From Trueperaceae bacterium (lineage in GTDB: Bacteria; Deinococcota; Deinococci; Deinococcales; Trueperaceae): a DNA stretch of 64,000 nt. Under the pieces are notes generated by a model, which made no database searches, was not told where the DNA came from, and worked only from the letters and a program-made list of their open reading frames with translations. The position numbers and the translations under genes are program-made. Positions 38,500 to 47,567 of the stretch are shown here, one piece after another. Position 1 is the first letter of the stretch, and each line of letters begins with the position of its first letter. The stretch lies in contig JAXHNB010000001.1 of assembly GCA_034520945.1 (NCBI GenBank), positions 128,001 through 192,000 on the forward strand, written 5' to 3'.

Positions 38500-40517
38500 G
38501 CGGGTCCGCGCTCGCGTGCGCGCGGGGCGGACGGCGGTTCGGGGGCGGAGGCGAACGTCACGCCGTACGGCGCCAGCGACACCCCTTCCACGCGGAGGGC
38601 GTAGTCGGTGAAGTTCAGCCAGGTGTCGCCGCTGCGGCGTACGCCCTCGGGCAGGAGGTGCACGGGGAGGCCCGCCTCACGGAGGATCGGCCCCAGCAAA
38701 TGCGTCATCGCCTCCGGTTCGAACAGCGCACCGAGCGTGCGGGTCTCGCCGTCGCCGGTGGCGCGGCGGAGGTACGCGGCCGCCCCGCGGTAGGCGGGGT
38801 CTTCGTAGTAGGCCAGCACGTCGGCGTCGTCGGCCTCCAGCAGGTCGGCCCAGGTGGCGTAGGTCAGGATCAGGTCCGGTTCGAGGATTTCGGCGTCGTC
38901 GGTGACGCGCACGGTGCGGCGCTCGCCGGGACGGAGGCCGTCGACGCGGCCGACGCGGCCGCCCGCCAGCGTCCGCAGGGGGCCCGGGGCCGCCTCGAAG
39001 GCGCGGTTGCTGGGCGTCTTGGTGCCGCTGCGCGGCCCCAGGACCAGCCGTCCGCCCGCCCGGACGTAGCGCTCCAGGCGCGCCGCCAAGTCGTCGTCGA
39101 CCAGTTGCATGGCGGGCGCGAACAAGACGCGGTATTTCTCGAGCGACCGTCCGCCTTCGGACGGGTCGGCGCCGGCCAGGCGCTTGGGGACGAGGTCGAC
39201 GTCCTGATCCAGGGCGCGCAGGGCTTGGTAGTACGCGAACAGCGCGCCCCAGTAGCTGAATCCCTGCGCGTGCGGCTGGATCTCGGCGGCCCACAGGTCC
39301 TCGTAGTCGAACAGCAGGGCCACGCGGGCGGGGGGCGGGGTGCCGCCGTTCGGGCGGCGCTCGCGCGCCACGGTCCGCGCCTCTTGGTACGCCTGGTCGG
39401 GGCTGCCGTCGTGGCGCAGCAGCCCGGCGTGCATGGTTTCCTGGGCGCCGGTCGCGGCGCGCCAGCGGAACCACGACACCGTCTCCGCGCCGTGCGCGAA
39501 GCCCTGGTGCGTCCACAGCCGGACGGCGCCCTCGGCGGGCAGCGGGTTGCTGCGGGCCCAGTTGACCGGTCCCGGTTGCTGTTCCATCACCCAGTGCGGC
39601 CGGTTCTTCAGGCCGCGGTACAGGTCGTGGCTGAGGGAGACCAGGTCGGGGTGGCCGACGCGGAGGTAGTGGGCCTTGACCTCGTCCGGGAACCGGCTCT
39701 CCTCCAGTTGGCCCAGTGGGTAGTTGTCGAACGCGATCGCGTCCAGGTCGGCGGCCAGGGCGACGTGGTCGAAGTCGCCGAACAGCATCATCGAGTTGTG
39801 GACGATGCGCCGGTCGGAGTGGGCGCGCAGGATCTCGACCTGCAGGCGGTTGTACGCCACCACCCCGTCGGAGGCGAAGCGGCGGAAGTCGAGGCGGTGG
39901 CTGGGGTTGCTCTCGGTCACGGCCTGTTCGGGCAGCTCGACCTCGTCGAAGTCCCGGTAGGTTTGGCTCCAGAAGCGCGTCCACCAGGCGTCGTTCAGCG
40001 CCTCGACGTCGCCGTAGCGCTCGCGGAGCCAGCGGCGGAAGTCGGCTTGGCAGTGGGGGCACCAACAGCGCACGGTGTCGTGGCAGCCGTACTCGTTGTC
40101 GGTCTGCCAGGCGATCAGCCCGGGGTGGCGACCGTAGCGCTCGGCCAGGGCGGTGACGATGCGGCGGGTTTCGCGCTGGTAGTGCGGGTTGCGGAAGCAG
40201 TAGTGCCGTCGCGACCCGAAGCCGCGCCTGCGCCCGTCGCGTCCGACGGGGGGGATGTCGGGGTGGCGGTCGATCAGCCACTTCGGCGGTGTGGCGGTGG
40301 GGGTGCCGAGGATCACGCCGAGGCCGGCCGCGTGGAGGGTGTCCATGGCCTCGTCCAGCCATGCGAAGTCGTACCGGCCGGGATCGGGTTCGAGGAGGCT
40401 CCAGGCGAACTCGCCGATCCGCACCCGGTCGATGCCGACGGCGCGCATGGCGCGGGCGTCGTCGGCCCAGCGCTCGCGTGGCCAGTGTTCGGGGTAGTAG
40501 CAGACGCCGAGGGTCAT
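38496..40517 (-). CDS. GH42 beta-galactosidase
   Basis: LGVCYYPEHWP, RIGEFAWS, GTPTATPPKW, WQTDNEYGCH, WVMEQQPGPVNW, QETMHAG (Thermus-type beta-galactosidase). Confidence 0.95.
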   Translation of the reverse strand: MTLGVCYYPEHWPRERWADDARAMRAVGIDRVRIGEFAWSLLEPDPGRYDFAWLDEAMDTLHAAGLGVILGTPTATPPKWLIDRHPDIPPVGRDGRRRGFGSRRHYCFRNPHYQRETRRIVTALAERYGRHPGLIAWQTDNEYGCHDTVRCWCPHCQADFRRWLRERYGDVEALNDAWWTRFWSQTYRDFDEVELPEQAVTESNPSHRLDFRRFASDGVVAYNRLQVEILRAHSDRRIVHNSMMLFGDFDHVALAADLDAIAFDNYPLGQLEESRFPDEVKAHYLRVGHPDLVSLSHDLYRGLKNRPHWVMEQQPGPVNWARSNPLPAEGAVRLWTHQGFAHGAETVSWFRWRAATGAQETMHAGLLRHDGSPDQAYQEARTVARERRPNGGTPPPARVALLFDYEDLWAAEIQPHAQGFSYWGALFAYYQALRALDQDVDLVPKRLAGADPSEGGRSLEKYRVLFAPAMQLVDDDLAARLERYVRAGGRLVLGPRSGTKTPSNRAFEAAPGPLRTLAGGRVGRVDGLRPGERRTVRVTDDAEILEPDLILTYATWADLLEADDADVLAYYEDPAYRGAAAYLRRATGDGETRTLGALFEPEAMTHLLGPILREAGLPVHLLPEGVRRSGDTWLNFTDYALRVEGVSLAPYGVTFASAPEPPSAPRARERGPA

Positions 40518-40566
40518 GGCGTGTTCCTTTCGGTGCGGTGCCCGGCGGCCGGCGCGTGCGCCGGGG

Positions 40567-41397
40567 TCAGTCCTTGACGGCGCCGGCGGTGATGCCGGCG
40601 ATGAAGTAGCGTTGCAGCCACAGGAACAGGATCAGGAACGGCAGGGTCGCGATGGCCGTGCCGATCATGATGCCGCCCCACGATACGCGGGTCAGGCCGA
40701 CCAGCGTGCCCAGCGCGACGGGGATGGTGTACGCGTCCTTGTTGCTGAGCACCAGCAAGGGCCAGAAGTAGTCGTTCCACTGGAACAGGAACAGCACGAT
40801 GGCGACGGCGGCCAGGGCGGGCTTCATGATCGGCAGCACGATCTGGGCGAAGATCCGGGCCTCGCCCGCGCCGTCGATGCGGGCGGCCTCGAGCAGGTCG
40901 CTGGGGATGGACAGCATGTTTTGGCGCATGAAGAACACGCCGAGCGGGTAGGCCAGCCACGGCAGGATGATCGCCCACCAGGTGTTGGCCATGCCCAGAT
41001 CGCGCGCGACCAGCAGGTATTGCGGGATGGCGCGCACTTCGAACGGAATGGTGAGGGCGGCGATCACGATGGTGAACATCAGGCCGCGGCCGGCGAAGCG
41101 GAACTTGGCGAAGGCGTAGCCGCTCATGGCGGCGATCAGCGTCGCCGTGCTGGTGAAGATGATCGAGATGGCGACCGAGTTGAACACCGCGCGGGTGAAG
41201 TTCAGGTCGCTGTTCAGTTCGCGCCAGTTCTCGCCGAGGTTGACGCCGGGAAGGAGGGTGGGGGGCGCCGCCAGGATCTCGTTGTTCGGCAGGGTCGCGG
41301 CGATAAGCATCCAGACGATGGGGGCGAGGAACAGCAACGCCAGCGGCACCAGCGCCAGGTGGAGCAGCAGGCTGCGCAGCCGTCGGTTGCGTCTCAT
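40567..41397 (-). CDS. Carbohydrate ABC permease
   Basis: GYAFAKFRFAGR, LLEAARIDGA, WNDYFWPL. Confidence 0.93.
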   Translation of the reverse strand: MRRNRRLRSLLLHLALVPLALLFLAPIVWMLIAATLPNNEILAAPPTLLPGVNLGENWRELNSDLNFTRAVFNSVAISIIFTSTATLIAAMSGYAFAKFRFAGRGLMFTIVIAALTIPFEVRAIPQYLLVARDLGMANTWWAIILPWLAYPLGVFFMRQNMLSIPSDLLEAARIDGAGEARIFAQIVLPIMKPALAAVAIVLFLFQWNDYFWPLLVLSNKDAYTIPVALGTLVGLTRVSWGGIMIGTAIATLPFLILFLWLQRYFIAGITAGAVKD

Positions 41398-42296
41398 CGC
41401 TCTACCTCCCGGCTGCCGACGACGCGGATCTGGATCAACGAGAAGATCGCCGCGATGAGCGCGACGGTGTAGGCGATCGCCGAGGCGTAGCCGAAGTTGA
41501 AGCTACGGAAGCCCTGCTTGTACAGGTAGGTGACCAAGGTCTCGGTGGCGTTGCCCGGGCCCGTGGTGGTGATGAGCCAGGGCTCGGTGAACAGTTGCAG
41601 GGTGCCGATGGTCGACAGCACGAAGCAGAACAGCAGCACCGGGCGAAGCAGCGGCAGCGTGATGCGGAAGAACTGCTGGATCGGCCCGGCGCCGTCGATG
41701 CGGGCCGCTTCGTACAGCGTCTGGGGGATCGCTTGCAGGCCGGAGAGCAAAATGATGGCGTTGTAGCCGGCCCAGCGCCAGGTCAGCGCGATCATGATGG
41801 TGATCATCGCCGGCGTGCTCTCGAACAGCCACGACACCGTGGGCAGCCCCAGGCGGGAGAGGGCGAAGTTGAGCACCCCGAACTGCTCGTTGAACACCAG
41901 GCGGAACACCGCGGAGTAGGGGACCGCGCCGAGCACCAGGGGCGCGAAGAAGGCGAAGCGGAAGAACCCCTTGGCGCGCAACAGGTCGCTGGCGAAGGCC
42001 ACCGCCAGCAGGGTGGCGAACGCCAGCATGATCGGCACCTGCACCACCAGGATGGTGAGGGTGTTCTGCAGGGCGTTCCAAAAGAACTCGTCCTGGAGCA
42101 GGCGGCCCCAGTTGAAGTCCCAGTCCAGCGTCCAGGGGCGCTGCCGCGTGTTCAGGAAGCTGAGCACGAACGAGGCGGCGATCGGATAGATCCAGAAGAT
42201 CGCGAAGAAGGCGAAGAAGGGCAGCAGAAACAGATAGGGGGCCCACGTGCGGGGTCGCCAGCGGGCCATGCGGGCCACAGGGCCGGGTCGGGTCAT
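41394..42296 (-). CDS. Carbohydrate ABC permease
   Basis: WRWAGYN, GLQAIP..YEAARIDGA, FNFGYASA. Confidence 0.93.
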   Translation of the reverse strand: MTRPGPVARMARWRPRTWAPYLFLLPFFAFFAIFWIYPIAASFVLSFLNTRQRPWTLDWDFNWGRLLQDEFFWNALQNTLTILVVQVPIMLAFATLLAVAFASDLLRAKGFFRFAFFAPLVLGAVPYSAVFRLVFNEQFGVLNFALSRLGLPTVSWLFESTPAMITIMIALTWRWAGYNAIILLSGLQAIPQTLYEAARIDGAGPIQQFFRITLPLLRPVLLFCFVLSTIGTLQLFTEPWLITTTGPGNATETLVTYLYKQGFRSFNFGYASAIAYTVALIAAIFSLIQIRVVGSREVER

Positions 42297-42353
42297 CGGC
42301 GGCTCCTCGGAGGGTGGGTCCGCGCACGCGCGGCGCCCGAGCAGGACGCGAGG

Positions 42354-42384
42354 CTGGGCGCGCCGGCAGGGCCGGCGCGCCCAG
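42354..42384. repeat. 14-bp stem hairpin after sugar-binding protein gene
   Basis: CTGGGCGCGCCGGC-AGG-GCCGGCGCGCCCAG. Confidence 0.9.
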
Positions 42385-42395
42385 GAGGCGGTCCC

Positions 42396-43655
42396 TCAGT
42401 CCGCGACCGGCAGGCCCGTGCTGCTGGAGATCTGGCTCGCGGCTTGCGCCAGCGCCTCTTCGGCGCTGTCGTAGCGGCCGTCGAGGAAGTCGTTGACGAC
42501 CACCGTCATCACCTCCCGCGCCTCTTCGAAGTACTGCGTGCCGGAAACCGGGGGTACGTCGCCGAGGGTGGGGAGAATGTCGGCCCAGATGGCCTGGTCG
42601 CCGAAGTACGGCACGCCCTGCTCGAGTTCGGGCGCGTCCTGCAGCGACAGCAGGGAGGGGGTCAGGCCGTGCTCGAACAGGATCTCGAGCTGGTTCTGCT
42701 CGTCCGCGAGGGCGTTGGTGACGAAGTCGTACGCGATCTCGGGATGGTCGGTGGAGGCGGGGATGGCCAGGGCGGACCCGCCGATGTTGCTGGCGCGGAC
42801 GCCGCCCTCCTCGAGCGCGGGGGCCCGGTAGACGCCCCACTGGCCGGCCTGATCGGGGGCTTCCGCCTGGATCACGCCGCCGTACCAGGAGCCGAAGTAG
42901 GCGCTCGCGGCGACGTCGTTCTGGATGAACTGGATCTGCTCGACCCAGCCGCCGGCATGGAGCACGCTGGCGTCCCAGAGCATCTCGAGGGTCTCCATCG
43001 CCTGGACGCATCCCGGCTCGGCGACGGTGACCATGCTGGCGTCCTGATCGAAGTAGAAGCAGCCGGCCTGGTTGGCCAGCATGCGGAACCACTCGTCGTC
43101 GCCGCCCTTGGAGACGGTGGCCATCTTGACGTTGCCGTCGAAGGCGTCGTTCATGCGGGTGCCGGCCTCGGCGAAGTCGTCCCAGGTCTCGATCGATGCC
43201 GGGTCGATGCCGGCCTGTTCGTACAGGTCACGGCGGTAGAACACCGCGGTCGGGCCCGAATCGAAGGGGATCGCATGGATCGTGTCGCCGACCGTCAGTT
43301 CGGACCACTTGAACTCGGGGAACTGCGGAAGGAGCTCCTCCGCGCCGAGCTCGCGCAGGTCGAGGAAGCAGTCGGGGAACTGGGCCCAGAACACCTCCGC
43401 CTCGTTGTTCTCGACCAGGTACACGTCCGGCATGTCGAACCCGCCGGCGGCGCACCCGGCGAGGCCCCGGTCGTACACGTTCTGGTTGCCGAGGTCCTCG
43501 ATGACGACCTCCACGTCGGGGTGCATCTCGTGGAAGCTGTCGAGCGTGCTTTCGAGGGCCGGCTTGTTGATGTCCCACACCCACACGTTCAGGGTCTGGG
43601 CGCTGGCGGCCGCGCCGAAGGCGGCGACGAGGAGGGCGAGGGCGATTCGTGTCAT
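42396..43655 (-). CDS. Galactoside/lactose-type ABC substrate-binding protein
   Basis: Signal peptide, PFDSGP..FYRRD, GQWGV, SNIGGS; in operon with GH42. Confidence 0.9.
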   Translation of the reverse strand: MTRIALALLVAAFGAAASAQTLNVWVWDINKPALESTLDSFHEMHPDVEVVIEDLGNQNVYDRGLAGCAAGGFDMPDVYLVENNEAEVFWAQFPDCFLDLRELGAEELLPQFPEFKWSELTVGDTIHAIPFDSGPTAVFYRRDLYEQAGIDPASIETWDDFAEAGTRMNDAFDGNVKMATVSKGGDDEWFRMLANQAGCFYFDQDASMVTVAEPGCVQAMETLEMLWDASVLHAGGWVEQIQFIQNDVAASAYFGSWYGGVIQAEAPDQAGQWGVYRAPALEEGGVRASNIGGSALAIPASTDHPEIAYDFVTNALADEQNQLEILFEHGLTPSLLSLQDAPELEQGVPYFGDQAIWADILPTLGDVPPVSGTQYFEEAREVMTVVVNDFLDGRYDSAEEALAQAASQISSSTGLPVAD

Positions 43656-43787
43656 GGGTGCCTCCGTTCCAAGGGCTTGGGGCCTGACATCCCGGGTCGC
43701 TCCGGCGGTGCGACGCCCGGCGCGTGCGTTGGAAGCCGCCGCGCCACGCGGCCGAACGGCCGGAACGTGGCACGCGTATCAGGATCA

Positions 43788-43833
43788 CTAACGCGTGTTA
43801 GCCCACGATAGGGAACGGCGTCGCCGCTGTCAA
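43788..43833 (-). promoter_or_regulatory. Sigma-70 promoter and LacI-type operator of the galactoside operon
   Basis: TTGACA (43833-43828), 17 nt, TATCGT (43810-43805); near-palindrome CTAACGCGTGTTAG at 43788-43801 over the +1 region. Confidence 0.8.
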
Positions 43834-43878
43834 TCACCCCTCGCGAACGGCGTCCAGGACGCCGTTCGCGAGGGGTGA
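43834..43878. terminator. Perfect 22-bp inverted repeat (probable lexA terminator/insulator)
   Basis: TCACCCCTCGCGAACGGCGTCC-A-GGACGCCGTTCGCGAGGGGTGA; the repeat is certain, the function is inferred. Confidence 0.65.
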
Positions 43879-43936
43879 GCGAATGACCGCGTCCGGCGGC
43901 CGCCCTGCGTGCGGTGGGTGGGGCGAGGCGCGCCCG

Positions 43937-44557
43937 TCAGTCGGCGTCGTCGAGCAGGTCCAGCACGGCCCCCCGGAGGAGACCGCGGTAGACCCCTTCG
44001 ACCTCCACCTCGTCGGGTCCGACCTCGAAGGTGGGATAGGCCGGGTTGTGGGCGCGCAACGCGTAGCGCCTCTCGTCCAGGCGGTCGAGGTACTTGAGGG
44101 TCACGTCGTCGGCGCCGACGCGGACGGCGCAGATCTCACCGGAACGGCGGGCGGGGCGCTTCTCGAACAACACGACGTCGCCGTCCTGGATCAGGTCGGC
44201 CATCGAGTCCCCGGACACCCGCAGCGCGAAGCCGCGCCCCTGCAGCCCGGCGAGGGGCAGGTAGGCGTCGGCGTGCGCCACCGCCTCGGAGAGCGGGCCG
44301 GCGGGGATGGCGCCGAGCACGGGCACGCCGGTGGCCGCGGCGGGAAGGGACAGGCGCGGCGAGCGGCCGCGCCCCCGGCTCTCGAACTGGAGGTACCCCT
44401 TGTGGGCCAAGGCTTCGAGGTGCTGCTTCAGGCTGACGTAGTGCATGCCCAACCCCCGGGCGAACGAGGCGAGGTCGGGCGCCTCCCCGGTTCGGGCGAC
44501 GTGGTCGCGCAGGCGTTCGTACACGCGGTGTTGCGCGGGGGGCAAAGGGCGAGACAA
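43937..44557 (-). CDS. lexA: LexA-family repressor (S24 autopeptidase)
   Basis: N-terminal wHTH (QHLEALAHKGYL), cleavage site IPAG, catalytic Ser in GDSM and Lys in VTLKY. Confidence 0.9.
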   Translation of the reverse strand: MSRPLPPAQHRVYERLRDHVARTGEAPDLASFARGLGMHYVSLKQHLEALAHKGYLQFESRGRGRSPRLSLPAAATGVPVLGAIPAGPLSEAVAHADAYLPLAGLQGRGFALRVSGDSMADLIQDGDVVLFEKRPARRSGEICAVRVGADDVTLKYLDRLDERRYALRAHNPAYPTFEVGPDEVEVEGVYRGLLRGAVLDLLDDAD

Positions 44558-44558
44558 G

Positions 44559-44596
44559 GTACCTCAAATGATAAGGTACGCGCCCGTCCACGTCAA
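44559..44596 (-). promoter_or_regulatory. lexA promoter with overlapping inverted repeat
   Basis: TTGACG-17-TATCAT; GTACCT-N9-AGGTAC (44559-44579) brackets the -10 box. Confidence 0.8.
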
Positions 44597-44757
44597 GCGT
44601 CGCTCATGATCCGTGGCGCATGCAGAGATCAGCGCGATGGCACGGGAGGCGCGTCCAGCACGTTGCTCGGAACCATTCCGAGAACCGTGGCGGAGCATGC
44701 GTGTGTGAAAATGGTGAGAAGCCACGTGTTGGACGGGGTTGACCGCGGCTCGGGGGG

Positions 44758-44786
44758 TTTACACGAAGCCGAGGAGGTGCTATATT
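44758..44786 (+). promoter_or_regulatory. Sigma-70 promoter of the crp-family gene
   Basis: TTTACA-17-TATATT with TGn extension. Confidence 0.7.
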
Positions 44787-44926
44787 TTTCGTAGTGATTG
44801 CGAGGGGGCGCCTGGCCCGAAGCCGGGTGGCCACCGTTCGAGACCCACCTTCTCACGCATACTCCTTCGCACCCCTGCACACCACCCGCCCGGATCCGCT
44901 CCGGTGATTTGGAGAAGAGGGAAGCC

Positions 44927-45610
44927 ATGCTCAACACCTTCGAGACGCTCAACCAGCCGCAGCAGTGCGACGTGAACGACATCGTACCCAGCACGCTGGC
45001 CCTGCCGACCCGCACGCTCGAGCCCGGAAGCACGCTGTACGAGGCCGACCGTGAAGCCGCCAGCCTGTACGTCGTGAACTACGGCGTCCTCAAGGCGGTG
45101 GTGCCCACCAGCCTCGGCCGCGATCGCATCGCCGATCTGTACGGCACCGGCGACGTTCTGGGCCTGGCCTCGCTGGACGGCGGCCTGCACGCCGAGACGG
45201 TCGTGGCCGTGCACGAAGCCTGCCTGACCCCGATCGATCCGCAGCAGGCGATGAACGACCGCAAGCTGCGCGACTACATCATGCAGAGCATGGCGCGCCA
45301 GCTGCGCCGCAGCCGCGAGATGATCGACGAGGCCGAGATGCCGGTCGGGGCCCGCGTGACGCGCGCATTCCTGCGCCTCGCCTATCAGTTCGGTCAGCCC
45401 AGCGACGAGAACGAGGGCGGCATCAAGCTTCCCCTGGCCCTCACCCACGAGGACCTGGCCGACCTCACGGGCAGCAGCCGCGTGACCATCACGCGCATCC
45501 TCGGTGAGCTCCGCAGCGGCGGTGCGTTGGCCGGCACGCGCGGCGTCTACGTCGCCGATCCCGAAGGGCTCGAGCGCGCCACCGACCAGTACGTGATGCA
45601 GGTGCTCTGA
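44927..45610 (+). CDS. CRP/FNR-family transcriptional regulator
   Basis: cNMP-like domain (LYVVNYGVLK..GDVLG) and HTH LTHEDLADLTGSSRVTITRILGEL. Confidence 0.92.
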   Translation: MLNTFETLNQPQQCDVNDIVPSTLALPTRTLEPGSTLYEADREAASLYVVNYGVLKAVVPTSLGRDRIADLYGTGDVLGLASLDGGLHAETVVAVHEACLTPIDPQQAMNDRKLRDYIMQSMARQLRRSREMIDEAEMPVGARVTRAFLRLAYQFGQPSDENEGGIKLPLALTHEDLADLTGSSRVTITRILGELRSGGALAGTRGVYVADPEGLERATDQYVMQVL

Positions 45611-45685
45611 GTCGAAGCATCGCACCCGACGAAGGCGCGGCGCCGGCCCCAGCGGTCGGCGCCGCGCTCGTGGGTAGGGCCCGCG

Positions 45686-46123
45686 TCAAGGCGTGTGCGT
45701 CGGTTCTTCGTCAGGCTGCAACGAGGCGCGGGTGCCGTACGCGTTCGCACCCCGGTCGCCGGGCCACGCCAGGGTGACCCCCAGGACCGCCAGCGACGCG
45801 ACCGCGAACACCCACGCGAACGGGAACGCGAAGGTGCTGAGCGGAAACGACAACACCAGCAGGCCCAAGGCGCCGTTCGCGCCCATGTCGTGGAAGCGTC
45901 GCACGGCCAGCGCGACGTGCACCAGCGGGTGCGCCAGCAACGCCGGCACGAAGGAGGGGCGCGCGACGGGCGGCGGCAGCGGTTCGGTGCCGCCCAGCAC
46001 CGCCAAGTCCAGCGCAGCACCGATGAGCCCGATCAGCACGGTCCACGCCAACAGGTAGGCGGCGTAGCGCCGCCGGCCCAGCCGCCCCCGCAGCGCGAAC
46101 GGATAGAACGTCTTCGGGCTCAC
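45686..46123 (-). CDS. DUF805 membrane protein
   Basis: GRLGRRRY, AVRRFHDMG, PGDRGANAYG. Confidence 0.85.
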   Translation of the reverse strand: MSPKTFYPFALRGRLGRRRYAAYLLAWTVLIGLIGAALDLAVLGGTEPLPPPVARPSFVPALLAHPLVHVALAVRRFHDMGANGALGLLVLSFPLSTFAFPFAWVFAVASLAVLGVTLAWPGDRGANAYGTRASLQPDEEPTHTP

Positions 46124-46273
46124 CGCCGCTCGCCTCCTTCCCGCCCCACGCCCGAACGCCGTGGGTCGATCCGGCGCGGGGTTCGCGGCGCGACCCTACC
46201 GCAGCGGTCGCGCGGGCGAACCACGTAAGGTGCGGCGCGCGGCGCGGCGGGGCGCGTGCCTATACTGAGCCTT

Positions 46274-46861
46274 ATGCTCACCTTTACCGACGTCGCCAGG
46301 GAGCGGGTGCAGGGCTTCCTGGACGCGCAGAAGTCGCAGGGCGTGACCGCGCTCCGCATCGCAGGAACGCGCGCGGACCCGAAGCTATGGTTGGTGCGGG
46401 ACGAGGACCGTCAGGAGGGCGACCGGAGCTTCGACGGCGGCGGCTTCGACGTGCTTCTCGACCCGATGAGCGCCCGTCAGCTCGAGGGCGCCACCGTCGA
46501 CTTCGTCGACGGTGTGATGCAGTCGGGGTTCCGCGTCTACTTCGAGAGCCCCAGTTGGGACGACCCTACCGCCCAACGCGTGCAGGACGTGCTGGACACC
46601 ATGATCAATCCGGGCGTCGCCGGTCACGGCGGCAGCGTCTCCCTCCACGGCGTCGAGGAGGGACGCGCCATCATCGAGTTCGGCGGCGGCTGCCAGGGGT
46701 GCGGTGCGGCCGACGTCACGCTGAAGCACGGCGTAGAGCGCATGATCCGCGAACAGGTGCCCGAGATCGCCGGCATCGTGGACGCGACCGACCATGCTGC
46801 GGGCGAGAACCCGTACTACGCGCCCGACCAGACGGCCGACTCGCCGTTGAGCGACCGCTAG
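46274..46861 (+). CDS. NfuA-like Fe-S cluster carrier
   Basis: Degenerate A-type N-domain (LTFTDVA..LEGATVDF..GF) plus NifU C-domain INPGVAGHGG..GGGCQGC..DATDH; TATACT 7 nt before ATG. Confidence 0.88.
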   Translation: MLTFTDVARERVQGFLDAQKSQGVTALRIAGTRADPKLWLVRDEDRQEGDRSFDGGGFDVLLDPMSARQLEGATVDFVDGVMQSGFRVYFESPSWDDPTAQRVQDVLDTMINPGVAGHGGSVSLHGVEEGRAIIEFGGGCQGCGAADVTLKHGVERMIREQVPEIAGIVDATDHAAGENPYYAPDQTADSPLSDR

Positions 46862-46869
46862 ACGCTGCG

Positions 46870-47292
46870 CTAGGCCCCGAAGGCGCCGTCCTCGCGCGGG
46901 TCGTGGCGCCGGCGCAACAAGCCGCCGACCACCCGGTCCAGGCTCTTGCCCTGGACCGGCTTGTAGATCACCTGGTCGGCGCCGGCCTCGCGCACGCGCG
47001 CCTCCATGTCGTCGCGCTCGGTGGAGGTCATGACCAGGATGGGCATGTTCGCGAACCGGCGCAGCCGACGCACGCGCTTGGCCAGCTCGAGTCCGCTCAT
47101 GAACGGCATCTCCACGTCCACGATCATCAGGTCCGGCGTGAGCGACTGCAGCAGGGTCAGCGCCTCGTGGCCGTCGCGGGCCGTCTCGACCTGGTAGCGA
47201 TGCGCGCCCAAGGCCAGCTCGAGGACCTTGAGGTGGCCTTCGCTGTCGTCGACGGCCAGGATGGTGCGAGAGGGGGCGGGAGAAGCAGCCAT
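46870..47292 (-). CDS. Single-domain response regulator (CheY-like)
   Basis: ILAVDD, DLMIVDVEMP, MT, YKP; no output domain. Confidence 0.9.
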   Translation of the reverse strand: MAASPAPSRTILAVDDSEGHLKVLELALGAHRYQVETARDGHEALTLLQSLTPDLMIVDVEMPFMSGLELAKRVRRLRRFANMPILVMTSTERDDMEARVREAGADQVIYKPVQGKSLDRVVGGLLRRRHDPREDGAFGA

Positions 47293-47444
47293 GGAGCCAT
47301 GGTGGACCCCCCAGCCTCACGGATCCCTTACGCGTAGGGCCGGGTGCGTCGCACGCGGCCCGCGCCCCGCCCGCCGGGCGGCGGTGCGGCCCGGGACTTG
47401 GCGCCCCGCGGGTGCATGATCATCCAGCCGCGCCCGAAGGCGTC

Positions 47445-47561
47445 TTGACGGGGACGCATAGGGGCGATACGATTCCGAAACTAGACTCATGCGAATGAAT
47501 GGGTGGCGTGTGGCGCGCATGTCATCCGCCTCTTGCGTGGCATCCCGAGCTCGCGTATGCT
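47445..47561 (+). promoter_or_regulatory. Tandem sigma-70 promoters of the purine operon
   Basis: TTGACG-17-TACGAT (47445-47473) and TTGCGT-17-TATGCT (47533-47561), the latter 6 nt before in-frame GTG 47568. Confidence 0.65.
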
Positions 47562-47567
47562 GCAGCA

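Noticed and set aside
35307..38604. 531-aa ArsR and 689-aa ORFs as novel fusion proteins
   Set aside because: The extensions are read-through across scrambled junctions into out-of-frame or antisense lacI sequence
44927..45610. Naming the CRP protein ddrI or ntcA
   Set aside because: The helix differs from DdrI as recalled (RETVTK) and there is no nitrogen context; orthology cannot be established by eye
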